A stretch of DNA of 32,089 nt, from positions 1 through 32,089 of the forward strand of contig CAYYGF010000002.1 of assembly GCA_964471315.1 (NCBI GenBank). Reading direction: 5' to 3'. This document shows, piece by piece, positions 1 to 8,420 of this stretch (positions are counted from its first letter, which is position 1; each line of letters opens with the position of its first letter). Source of the DNA: an uncultured Oscillospiraceae bacterium. GTDB lineage: Bacteria > Bacillota > Clostridia > Oscillospirales > Oscillospiraceae. The notes under the pieces are model-generated. The model did not search any database. It worked only from the letters and a program-made list of their open reading frames with translations, and was not told the origin of the DNA. Both the position numbers and the translations under genes were made by a program.

Positions 1-673
1 CATTTAGGTAGCCGTCCGGGGCGGTGGTCTGGCCATAGGTTTTAAACCGAACCATCACCTTCTGGATCTGCTCCTCGGTCAGAACGTTCATGCGTCCGGC
101 GCACATACACTGCCACTGCAGCCGGGCCACATCCTCCAGATTGCAGGCCAGGCTGAAGGCCTTGTTTAAGTCCACGCCGGTGGCAACCAGACCGTGGTTG
201 GCCAGCAGAACCGCCTTGCCGCCATTGCAGGCCGCAACCGCTTTTTCCGCCAGCTCCGGCGTTCCAAAGGTCACATATTCGCACAGCGGAATCTCATGGG
301 TTCCGGCACTGGCAATGACATAGTGGACAGCCCGGATCGGCTCGCCCATAATCGCCAGCGTGGTGGCGTAGTTGGAATGGGTGTGCACCACAGCGCCGCA
401 GGTGCCATCCGTGTTGGCCCGGTAGAAGCCCAGATGCAGCCCGCTTTCGCTGGAGGGCTTGCGTTTTCCCTCCACCACATTTCCATCCAGATCCAGGATC
501 ACAATATCCTCCGGCGTAATGTCAAAATAGTTGACACCGGAGGGCGTAATCGCCATCAAGCCGGTCTGCTTGTCATAGATGCTGATATTGCCAGCCGTTC
601 CATGGCTCAATCCCGCCGTGCTCATTTTTCTGCCGTATTCCGCGATTAACGCTCTTTCACTTTCCATTCGCAT
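1..673 (-). CDS. Class II (metal-dependent) aldolase, FucA-like; probable methylthioribulose-1-P / 5-deoxyribulose-1-P aldolase; 3' end beyond window edge
   Basis: Not in the ORF track because it has no stop in the window. Translated by hand from ATG 673 (RBS AAGGTGGT): MRMESERALIAEYGRKMSTAGLSHGTAGNISIYD...ITPSG...KPSSESGLH...VVHTHSNYATT...VTFGTPELA...AVLLANHGLV. GNIS, PSSE, HTH and NHG are class II aldolase motifs. Open for 224 codons. Confidence 0.9.
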   Translation of the reverse strand, partial: MRMESERALIAEYGRKMSTAGLSHGTAGNISIYDKQTGLMAITPSGVNYFDITPEDIVILDLDGNVVEGKRKPSSESGLHLGFYRANTDGTCGAVVHTHSNYATTLAIMGEPIRAVHYVIASAGTHEIPLCEYVTFGTPELAEKAVAACNGGKAVLLANHGLVATGVDLNKAFSLACNLEDVARLQWQCMCAGRMNVLTEEQIQKVMVRFKTYGQTTAPDGYLN

Positions 674-717
674 ATGATTACCACCTTTGCTCATGCATTT
701 TCTCCTTGACTGGCGCG

Positions 718-2043
718 TCATTTCGATGCGTTTGCCGCAATGGCTATCGCGTCCCACACCGAGGCAAAGGGCGGCGCGTAGCCAAGATCCAGGAAGCCCA
801 GCTCCTCTGTTGTCATTCCCCGATCAATGGCGCAGGCGAAGGTATCGATCCGCCATACCGCCTCCTTGGCGCCCATGATCTGCGCGCCCAGCAGGACATG
901 ATCCTCCGGCCGGTAGCACAGCTTTACCGTCAGCGTCTGGGGATCCGGGTAATACCGGGCATGGGATCGGGTTTGCACGGTGACCGTTTTATACGGGATG
1001 CCGTTTGCCTCGCACTCTCCCTGGCCCAGTCCGGTTTTCGCTAGCTCCAGACCCATGCAGCGCAGCATGGAGGTGCCCAGGGCCCGCTTGAATTCCACGC
1101 GCTTGCCCAGGACGCTGTCGCCTGCCAGACGGCCCTGTTTGTTGGCGTTGGTGCCCAGAGCGATCATCACCGGCTTATCCAGCAGCCGGTGCCAGACCGT
1201 GGCGCAATCTCCAGCGGCATACACATCCGGCACGGAGGTCTCCATGGCCGGGCTGGTCACAATGGCGCCGTTGGGCAGCTTTTTCACCGCGTCCCCCAGG
1301 AATCCGGTGTTGGGGCGGATTCCGATGGACAAAATCACCAGATCCGCGTCGTAGCAGCCCTTGTCTGTCACGATCCGCTCCACCCGGCCGTCTCCCTCGA
1401 AGGAAACCACCTTTTCGGCGGTATGCACCTGAACGCCGTGGCGCTCCAGCTCCTGCTGCACCGCCTGGCCGAATTCCGGGTCGAATACGTTGAGCAGCCT
1501 GTCCATGGCCTCGATCACCCGTACATGGGGGATCTTTTGCAGCAGGCAGGCCTCGGCCAGCTCCAGGCCGATGTAGCCGCCGCCCACAATCACCACGTTT
1601 TGGGGTCCTTCCAGAATCGCCCGCTTCAGCGCTTCCGCGTGCTCCAGGGTTTTCAGCGGATAAATACCCGGCTTGTCAATGCCCGGAATCGGCGGAATCC
1701 GGGGCGAAGCGCCGGTAGCCACCAGCAGCTTGTCATACCCTTCCACCTGGGCTGCGCCCTGGGGATCCGTGTAGTGAACCTGTTTTTTTGCAAAGTCCAC
1801 CCACTGGACGGCGCAGCCGGTTTTCATCACGATACCGGTTTTTTCAAACTCCGCCACACTGCGGATCCGGATCAAGTCGATGTCGTCATTCAGTCCCGCA
1901 ACGTAATAGGGCAGGCCGCAGGCGCCGTAGGATACCTCCTGGGTCTGCTCCAGCACCACCACCTCCCAGCTGGGATCCTTGCGCCGAACCCGGGAAGCCG
2001 CGCTCATACCGGCGGCGTTGCCGCCGATCACCACAAATTTCAT
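718..2043 (-). CDS. cdr: CoA-disulfide reductase-like FAD/NADH oxidoreductase (single redox Cys, no rhodanese domain)
   Basis: GGNAAG FAD motif, SYGACGLPY single-Cys motif, GGGYIGLE nucleotide motif followed by VIE (acidic residue suggests NADH), YAAGDCA, and C-terminal YAPPF typical of the CoADR branch; 441 aa. Confidence 0.78.
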   Translation of the reverse strand: MKFVVIGGNAAGMSAASRVRRKDPSWEVVVLEQTQEVSYGACGLPYYVAGLNDDIDLIRIRSVAEFEKTGIVMKTGCAVQWVDFAKKQVHYTDPQGAAQVEGYDKLLVATGASPRIPPIPGIDKPGIYPLKTLEHAEALKRAILEGPQNVVIVGGGYIGLELAEACLLQKIPHVRVIEAMDRLLNVFDPEFGQAVQQELERHGVQVHTAEKVVSFEGDGRVERIVTDKGCYDADLVILSIGIRPNTGFLGDAVKKLPNGAIVTSPAMETSVPDVYAAGDCATVWHRLLDKPVMIALGTNANKQGRLAGDSVLGKRVEFKRALGTSMLRCMGLELAKTGLGQGECEANGIPYKTVTVQTRSHARYYPDPQTLTVKLCYRPEDHVLLGAQIMGAKEAVWRIDTFACAIDRGMTTEELGFLDLGYAPPFASVWDAIAIAANASK

Positions 2044-2447
2044 ACAGGCTCTCCTTTCTTCCGGGCAACCGGGCGGGAGTAGGTTTCGCTGTCCACAAAG
2101 TCGATGCGCACCTTGTCGCCGCAGCGCAGGGTCGCCGGATCACAGTCCACAAGGTTCGTCAAGATCCGCACACCGTCCTGCAAATCCACCGTAGCCACCA
2201 CATACGGCACCTTGTCCGCCACACTGGGATGGAAGGGCTTGTGCATCACCACATAGGAGTACAGCACGCCCTCCGGCGGCAATTGGATCATTTCCGTGTC
2301 GCTGCTTAAGCACTCCGGGCACAGGTATGCCGCCGGCCAGCGTACATGGCCGCAGCAGCGGCAGCGCTGAAAGCGAAGGGTATGCTCCCGGCATCCTTCC
2401 CAAAAGCCAGCCGCGTCCGCGTTGATGCGAGGTTCAAAAAATTCCAT
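2040..2447 (-). CDS. DUF35-type Zn-ribbon + OB-fold protein (thiolase partner, ChsH2-C/PhlB-like)
   Basis: FWEG, CRCC...CPEC zinc ribbon, G.LYSY, PYVVATVDL.DG.RI..N; stop overlaps the cdr start (ATGA); 3 nt downstream of the thiolase-like gene. Confidence 0.9.
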   Translation of the reverse strand: MEFFEPRINADAAGFWEGCREHTLRFQRCRCCGHVRWPAAYLCPECLSSDTEMIQLPPEGVLYSYVVMHKPFHPSVADKVPYVVATVDLQDGVRILTNLVDCDPATLRCGDKVRIDFVDSETYSRPVARKKGEPV

Positions 2448-2450
2448 GGC

Positions 2451-3629
2451 TTATGCCCCCCTTTCCAGCACCAGGGTGATATGGCTCTGGAACACAGCGC
2501 CGTTGTCGCTGCATACAATGATTTCCGGTTCCTTTGTCCCGGGCAGAACGCCCAGCTGGCGCTGTCCGCACCGGCCTGTCAGCTGCATAACCGCCTCCGC
2601 CACCGGCGTCAGGCCCATGAAATAGCCCTCGGACAGCATACCGCCGGAGGTATTCACCGGCAGCTCTCCGCCGGGGCCCAGGCGCTGGCGGGTCAAAAAT
2701 TCCTTCACCTGTTCCCGGGGGAAGAAGCCGTAATCCCGCAGTGTCGCCTCCACGGTGTAGGTGAAGCAGTCGTAAAGCTCGCAGGCATCCACATCCCGGC
2801 AGGTGATACCCGCCATCCGGAAGGCCTGCTGGGAGGCCAGCTTCGCCGCGCTCTCGGGATCCTCCACCCGCAGGCGGAAGGGGGATACGGGCTGATTGGC
2901 GCTGCCAAAGCCCCGAATAACCGCATAGGGATGTCCCAGGGCCTTCGCCCGCTCCACAGTGGTCAGCACAATCGCCCGTCCGCCGTCGCTGCTGGGGGTC
3001 GCGTCCAGCAGCCGCAGCGGCTCCGCCACCATGGCGGAGGCATAGTAGGCCTCGTCGTCTAGCGGCTTTCCGTACATGGCCGCCTGGGGATTCAGGCAGG
3101 CCCACTGGCGCTGGGCAATGGAAATCTCTTTCCAGACCTCCGGGCCGGTGCCGTAGGTATCCATGGCCCGGCGGGCCTGCATGGCGTATTTGGACATGGT
3201 GCTCAGGTCGCCGAAGGCCGCCAGGTCATCGGTGGCCTTGCCGCCGGACAGCTCCTTGACAAAGCTGCGCCGGCCACTGCGGGCGTTATCGCCATAGGAG
3301 ATCACCACATACCGGCACAGTCCGGAGGACAGCAGGCCGATGCTGTTGTACAGCCAGCCCCGGGTGCAGTAGGTTTCCTGGCCGATGACACTGGGCCGGA
3401 AGCCCAGCTGCTCCGCCACGGTGAAGGCTGTCACGTCATAGTCTCCCGCCAGCGCTTCAAAATGGCGGTACAGGAACATGGCGTCCACGTCCCCTTTTTC
3501 AATTCCCGCGTCGGCCAGGGCGTTGCGGATCGCCTCCGTATGGAAGCTGATGGCCGTTCTGCCGGGAATCTTGCCCTGGGGGGTGTAGCCCACCCCCACA
3601 ATGGCAATTTTGTTTTTTAAATCCTCCAT
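2451..3629 (-). CDS. Thiolase-superfamily protein (SCP2/Ltp2-like non-canonical thiolase)
   Basis: IAIVGVGYT start, NPQA, PLRLLD..P.SDGG, ELYDCFT, VNTSGGMLSEGY, EAVMQL.G...RQ; Cys88 present; paired with DUF35. Confidence 0.88.
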   Translation of the reverse strand: MEDLKNKIAIVGVGYTPQGKIPGRTAISFHTEAIRNALADAGIEKGDVDAMFLYRHFEALAGDYDVTAFTVAEQLGFRPSVIGQETYCTRGWLYNSIGLLSSGLCRYVVISYGDNARSGRRSFVKELSGGKATDDLAAFGDLSTMSKYAMQARRAMDTYGTGPEVWKEISIAQRQWACLNPQAAMYGKPLDDEAYYASAMVAEPLRLLDATPSSDGGRAIVLTTVERAKALGHPYAVIRGFGSANQPVSPFRLRVEDPESAAKLASQQAFRMAGITCRDVDACELYDCFTYTVEATLRDYGFFPREQVKEFLTRQRLGPGGELPVNTSGGMLSEGYFMGLTPVAEAVMQLTGRCGQRQLGVLPGTKEPEIIVCSDNGAVFQSHITLVLERGA

Positions 3630-3644
3630 ATCCGGTTCCCGCCT

Positions 3645-5012
3645 TTATTCCGCCCAGACCACATCCGGTGCGGGGATAGTGGGCGCGTGGTAGTAGGCAA
3701 GCTTCGTGGTGTTCATCAAATGGCGGTAGGTCAGGTTGTCGCTGATAGAGTTGTTGCCCCAGCTGCCGCAGCCCAGGCTCATGGTGGGATGCAGGCCGTT
3801 GATGAAGTTGCCGCCGGAGGCAGCGCCGCCGGGCTGGTTGACCACCAGGCGGGATACCGGCAGCTCCAGGCCCGCGTACTCTGCGTAGTCCTCCCGGTCG
3901 GTATAGATCACGGAGCTGTGGCCGGCGCCCTCCCACTGGAGGTTGGCCTTGGCATTGGCGACGCCTTCCTCAAAGGTGTCGTAGGGGAAAATCTGCACCA
4001 CGGGGCACAGCTTTTCCCGGCGCAGGATATTCTCCCGGGTCATGCCCAGGCTCATGAACAGCAGCAGCGTGGTGCTCTCCGGGATCTCCAAGCCCAGCAG
4101 CGCCGCCAGCTTGCTGGGCAGCATCCCCACATGGGCAGGGTCGGTCATGCCGTTTTCCTTAAACAGAACCTTGGCCAGACCGGGGGCCTTGTCCTCCGGC
4201 AGCACATAGGCGCCGGTGGCCCGGAAGGCCTCCAGCAGCGCCTCCACCTTTTCCCTGGGCACATGGATGGCCTGCTCACCGGTGCAGGGCATACCATTGT
4301 CATAGGAGCGGGCATTGGTGATCTGGGTGGCCGCCTTGGCAAAATCCGTATAATCCGGGGCGATCACCACCTGCACATTGCCGGGGCCAACGCCAAAGGA
4401 GGGGCGGCCGCTGGAATAGGCGGACTTCACCATGGCGGCGCCGCCGGTGGCAACCACCACATCCACCTTGCTCATCAGCTCCTGGGTCAGCGCCATGGAG
4501 GGCTGCTCCACAATCTGAATCAGATTCTCCGGGGCGCCCAGCTCCCGCAGGGCACTGTTAATTAGGTCAACGCCATGCTTTGTCACGTTCTTGGTGCGGG
4601 GGTGCGGGGAGACGATCATGGCATTGCGGCATTTGATGATGTTCATGCCGTTGCTGACGGTGGTGGACACGGGGTTGGTGGTGGGCACCAGCGCCGCCAC
4701 CACGCCCAGAGGCTTGGCAAAGGTCGCCAGCTTCTCCGCCGGGTCGTAGTCGATCATGCCCACGGACTTCTTGTCATGAAGGAAGTGCCAGGCACCCAGG
4801 GTGCAGCGCTGCAGCTTAACGATCTTGCTGTCCACCCGGCCGTAGCCGCTTTCCTCAACTGCCTCCCGGGCCAGCATCTCCGCGTTGTCGTAGATGATCT
4901 TGCCCATGGCCTTCACCAGAGCGTCCACCTGCTCCTGGCTGTAGCCTTCCACAATGCTCTGGGCCTTTCTGGCCTTAACCAGCAACTGCTCAATGTAGCT
5001 TAACTCTGCCAT
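3645..5012 (-). CDS. CoA-acylating aldehyde dehydrogenase (SucD/SauS/AdhE-N family)
   Basis: PTTNP, PHPR, ATGG..MVK.AYSSGRP.FGVGPGN, catalytic DNGMPCTGEQ, EKLCP, GAGHS, SLGCGSWG.NSISDN; resembles clostridial acylating succinate-semialdehyde dehydrogenase (recalled, not aligned). Confidence 0.9.
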   Translation of the reverse strand: MAELSYIEQLLVKARKAQSIVEGYSQEQVDALVKAMGKIIYDNAEMLAREAVEESGYGRVDSKIVKLQRCTLGAWHFLHDKKSVGMIDYDPAEKLATFAKPLGVVAALVPTTNPVSTTVSNGMNIIKCRNAMIVSPHPRTKNVTKHGVDLINSALRELGAPENLIQIVEQPSMALTQELMSKVDVVVATGGAAMVKSAYSSGRPSFGVGPGNVQVVIAPDYTDFAKAATQITNARSYDNGMPCTGEQAIHVPREKVEALLEAFRATGAYVLPEDKAPGLAKVLFKENGMTDPAHVGMLPSKLAALLGLEIPESTTLLLFMSLGMTRENILRREKLCPVVQIFPYDTFEEGVANAKANLQWEGAGHSSVIYTDREDYAEYAGLELPVSRLVVNQPGGAASGGNFINGLHPTMSLGCGSWGNNSISDNLTYRHLMNTTKLAYYHAPTIPAPDVVWAE

Positions 5013-5067
5013 TTTGAAAATCTCCTTTACTATAGCACGATTTCACCAGCCGCAAAAGAGACGGCTG

Positions 5068-6321
5068 TTATTTTTTTCCATTTTTTTCGTTTTGTTTTTC
5101 CAAAGTCCGGTAGCATACCTGCAGCACGCCGCAAAGCACCGTGAAAGCGGCGCACAACCCTAAGCACAGGGCCAGGGCGGTGCGGTAACTGCCGGTTCGG
5201 TCATACATCCCACCCAGGATTCCCGAGGAGAAGGAGGAGGCCAGGGTTGCCAGCATCATCACCTGGGAAAAGGCCTTGGGGTATTCGGCGCCCCGGAAGA
5301 ATTTTCGGGTCAGCAGCGGCGGCGTGATCACCGACAGCGCCATGCCCACGCCGTAGCACAGGCTTCCCCCGGTCATGGCCCAGAGATGGTCGGAATACAG
5401 CAGCAAAAACGCCGGAACACAAAAGGCAAAGCCCGCAGCGCAGGCCCACCTAAGGCCCTTCGCGTCATTGACCTGGCCCAGCAGAACCTTGCCCGCCGCG
5501 TTGGAGATCATGGAGCAGGACACCAAAAACGCGCCGGCGGTTATGGTCTTTCCCATGGAGATGGAATAGTTGACGATCTGTGGGGAAAAGCCGGTGCAGA
5601 ACAGCGGCATCCCGGTGGCCAAAAACAGCAGGCTCAAGATGCCCACCCGGGTGGCCTTTCCCATGGCCAGCGGCTGCTCCTGGGGCTGCTCCCCGGCCCT
5701 AAAAATACCGTAGGGCTTGCAGCCCACCATTTCCGGCTTCAGCCGTATCACAAACAATGTCATGGGCAGGATCATCCCCGCGCATACCGCCGCTGCAGCG
5801 GCATAGCCTGTCCGCCAGCCCCAGATGGAGATCACCCGCTCAAAGCTCATGTTGCAGATCATCCCCAGAAGGCCAGAAAACGCGGCGGAAATGCCGATGG
5901 CCAGCCCCAGCTTCTCGTGAAACCAGTTGGCCAAAATAATCGGCTCCGAGGTGGTCAGCAGCATTGCCGAGGCAATGCCCATGACGAAGGCCGCGGCGTA
6001 CCACTGCCACAGCTGCTGAAAAAGCCCCATCAGCGCCGTACACAGCGCCATCACCACCGCGCTGAGGGAAAGGGTCACCCGGGTGTCATACCGGTACAGC
6101 ACCTTTCCCACAAACGGCAGCAGTATGCACGACGACAGTCCGGCCACCGTCTTATACAGGGAGATTCCTCCCACCGGAAAGCCCAGATCCTGGCTGATCG
6201 CCGTGAAAAACAGCCCCATGGTATTCATCACCACGCCCATGCTGCCGCCCTGCATCATGCAACAGCCCAGCAGCACCAGCCAGGGCCGGAGGGCTTTCCG
6301 ATCAAGCGTAGGACTGTTCAA
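5068..6321 (-). CDS. MFS transporter (OFA/monocarboxylate-like)
   Basis: 417 aa, about 12 hydrophobic segments, G...D..G motif, WF....GLA.GI, G.MYDRTGSY; TTG start with GGAGG RBS, overlapping the end of adh. Confidence 0.85.
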   Translation of the reverse strand: MNSPTLDRKALRPWLVLLGCCMMQGGSMGVVMNTMGLFFTAISQDLGFPVGGISLYKTVAGLSSCILLPFVGKVLYRYDTRVTLSLSAVVMALCTALMGLFQQLWQWYAAAFVMGIASAMLLTTSEPIILANWFHEKLGLAIGISAAFSGLLGMICNMSFERVISIWGWRTGYAAAAAVCAGMILPMTLFVIRLKPEMVGCKPYGIFRAGEQPQEQPLAMGKATRVGILSLLFLATGMPLFCTGFSPQIVNYSISMGKTITAGAFLVSCSMISNAAGKVLLGQVNDAKGLRWACAAGFAFCVPAFLLLYSDHLWAMTGGSLCYGVGMALSVITPPLLTRKFFRGAEYPKAFSQVMMLATLASSFSSGILGGMYDRTGSYRTALALCLGLCAAFTVLCGVLQVCYRTLEKQNEKNGKK

Positions 6322-7456
6322 GGATTGCCTGCGCCTCCTCCCGGCTCAGCGGCGCCCGCTCGTTGGCATAGCGCCGGTCAACGGATTTCTCCGCCACCGC
6401 CCCCAGGGACTCCCGGGTAATGCCAAACTGGGACATGCGCAGATCCGCCACGCCGCACCGGGTCATCAGCTTCTCCAGCGCGTCCAGAACGCCCTGGGGC
6501 GACGGTTCCGCGCCCATCGCCTGGGCCAGGGCCGTCATCCGCTCCCGGTAGGCCTCCTGTCCGGCGCAGCGGCGCAGATAGGCCCGGCTGATGAGGATCA
6601 GCCCCGCCCCATGGGTCAGCTCGGGGTAGAAGCCGGACAGGGAGTGCTCCAGGGAATGCTGGGCGGTCAGGGAGCTGTGGGTCAGGCACATGCCAGCCTC
6701 GGTACTGGCCCAAGCCATTTCCGTTCTGGCTTCCCTATCATCCCCCTGGGCAACCGCTCTGGGCAGGAACCTTACCACCCGCCGGACGGCATCCAGGCAA
6801 ATCAAATCGCTCAAGGGCGTTGCCGCCCGGCTGATGTAGCATTCCACCACATGGAACAGCACGTCAAAGCCCTGGTAGGCCGTCAGCCTGGGGGGCACGC
6901 TGCACATTAACTCCGGATCCACCACGCTGATGGCCGGGAAGCTCCAGGGCGTTCCGAAGGAAACCTTTTCCTTGCGCTCGGGATAGGAGATCACGCAGCC
7001 CGCGTCCGCCTCCGATCCGGTACCGGCGGTGGTGGGAACGGCAATCAGCGGCAGGGGCTTTTCCCCCAGGGGCAGCCCCTTTCCGGAGCCGTCCCGGACA
7101 TAGTCCCAGCAGTCGCCGTCGTTTACCGCCATCACCGCCATCCCCTTGGCCGCGTCAATGGCGCTGCCGCCGCCCAGAGCCACCAGGAAATCGCAGCCGG
7201 CCTGTCTGGCAAGGGCCGCGCCCTCCATCACATTGTCCCGGGTGGGGTTGGGGCAGACCTTGTCATACAGGGTATAGCGCACGCCGCTCAGCGTCAGCTC
7301 CCGGCACAGCCGGTCGAGATAGCCCAGCCGCTTCACGGATTTGCCTGCGGTGGTCACAACCAGGGCGTGCCGTCCGGGCAAACGCTTTTCATGGAGTCGA
7401 TCCAGCACTCCCGGCCCAAAGAGAATGTCGGTGGGCAGATAATATCGGTAATTCAT
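6302..7456 (-). CDS. Iron-containing alcohol dehydrogenase
   Basis: Start reassigned to ATG 7456 (MNYRYYLPTDILFGPG, RBS GAGG); ALGGGSAIDAAK, PTTAGTGSE, D..FH..E, H..EH...G, HG.G metal ligands; 384 aa. Confidence 0.9.
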   Translation of the reverse strand: MNYRYYLPTDILFGPGVLDRLHEKRLPGRHALVVTTAGKSVKRLGYLDRLCRELTLSGVRYTLYDKVCPNPTRDNVMEGAALARQAGCDFLVALGGGSAIDAAKGMAVMAVNDGDCWDYVRDGSGKGLPLGEKPLPLIAVPTTAGTGSEADAGCVISYPERKEKVSFGTPWSFPAISVVDPELMCSVPPRLTAYQGFDVLFHVVECYISRAATPLSDLICLDAVRRVVRFLPRAVAQGDDREARTEMAWASTEAGMCLTHSSLTAQHSLEHSLSGFYPELTHGAGLILISRAYLRRCAGQEAYRERMTALAQAMGAEPSPQGVLDALEKLMTRCGVADLRMSQFGITRESLGAVAEKSVDRRYANERAPLSREEAQAILEQSYA

Positions 7457-7613
7457 AAACGCCTCGTTTCTTTGCCGCGTTCCCCTTGGATTTCCATGGA
7501 ATGGTACATTTTCCGCAAAAAACCATTTTCCACAAAAAATCCGAAGAAAACACTTTACGATTCCACATATTCTGTGGTAGTATTGTTGTAGATTTATAGA
7601 GAGGATGATTCTA

Positions 7614-8381
7614 ATGCTTTCATTCCAGCGCAGGGAAGAAATCAAGCGTCTGCTCTTACAGCAAAAATCCGTCACCGTTGGTGAGATTGCCCGGAAATTC
7701 CAGGTCAGCGACGAAACCATCCGCCGGGATTTGGCGGTGCTCTGCAACGAGGGCTTCTGCACCAAAACCTACGGCGGCGCGTCTTTGTCCGTGCGAAGCG
7801 CCTCTACCACCGCCTCCAGCATCAAGAAAAATCTGCGTGTGGCAGAAAAAAAGCGGATCGCGGAAATCGCCGCCACCCAGATCAAGCCCAAGGACTGCAT
7901 TTTCCTGGATCACTCCACCACAGCGGCGGAGCTGTGTACGGAAATCCGCAGTCTGGAGCTGACCGTGGTCACCAACTCCCTCTGGGTCATCCGGGAGCTT
8001 GCCAACCAGGAAAACATCGATCTGGTGGTCACCGGCGGCAGCGTCCGGGTGTTGGATCAGGGCATGTTCGGCGCGGAGGCGCTGACCTTTCTGCGGCACC
8101 ATTATTTCGACAAGGCCTTTTTCTCCTGCCGGAGTCTGAACCTGACCAAGGGTGTGTTCGACGCCAATGAGCAGGTTGCCTCCTTCCGTCAGATCCTGGC
8201 CGAGCAAAGCGCCCGCTCCTTCTTGATGGCAGACAGCACCAAGTTTGGGGTTCCGGGCTTTGTGCACATCATGCCCTATAAGGAACTGGATGTGCTCATC
8301 ACCGATGCCGTTCCCAGCGCCCAATGGTCGGATATGCTGGCCAAGAACAATGTAACCGTGCTGACCACCATGCCGGATTGA
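7614..8381 (+). CDS. DeoR/GlpR-family transcriptional regulator
   Basis: QRREEI..., VSDETIRRDL HTH, TYGGA, EKKRIA, IFLD.STT, VVTNS, ADSTKFG; ATG 7614 has better spacing to GAGAGGA than ATG 7605. Confidence 0.93.
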   Translation: MLSFQRREEIKRLLLQQKSVTVGEIARKFQVSDETIRRDLAVLCNEGFCTKTYGGASLSVRSASTTASSIKKNLRVAEKKRIAEIAATQIKPKDCIFLDHSTTAAELCTEIRSLELTVVTNSLWVIRELANQENIDLVVTGGSVRVLDQGMFGAEALTFLRHHYFDKAFFSCRSLNLTKGVFDANEQVASFRQILAEQSARSFLMADSTKFGVPGFVHIMPYKELDVLITDAVPSAQWSDMLAKNNVTVLTTMPD

Positions 8382-8388
8382 TGCTCCC

Positions 8389-8418
8389 CCAGCGCCGCAG
8401 CCGCGGCGCTGGTTTTTT
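8389..8418 (+). terminator. Intrinsic terminator of deoR (between convergent deoR and mtnA)
   Basis: CCAGCGCCGC-AGCC-GCGGCGCTGG perfect 10-bp stem followed by T6. Confidence 0.85.
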
Positions 8419-8420
8419 GC

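Noticed and set aside
1-673. Possible pseudogene, since the aldolase is absent from the ORF track
   Set aside because: Manual translation is uninterrupted for 224 codons; the stop is simply outside the window
1-673. MtnB dehydratase of canonical methionine salvage (same fold)
   Set aside because: Sequence is FucA-like, no mtnW/X/C/D is in the window, and aldehyde-processing enzymes are co-encoded; genes left of the window are unseen
6302-7765. N-terminal extensions in the ORF track (adh, mtnK, uppP, response regulator, htrA, spoIIE, both ABC systems)
   Set aside because: Extensions overlap neighbouring genes, promoters or the T-box; internal starts have RBSs and match family N-termini
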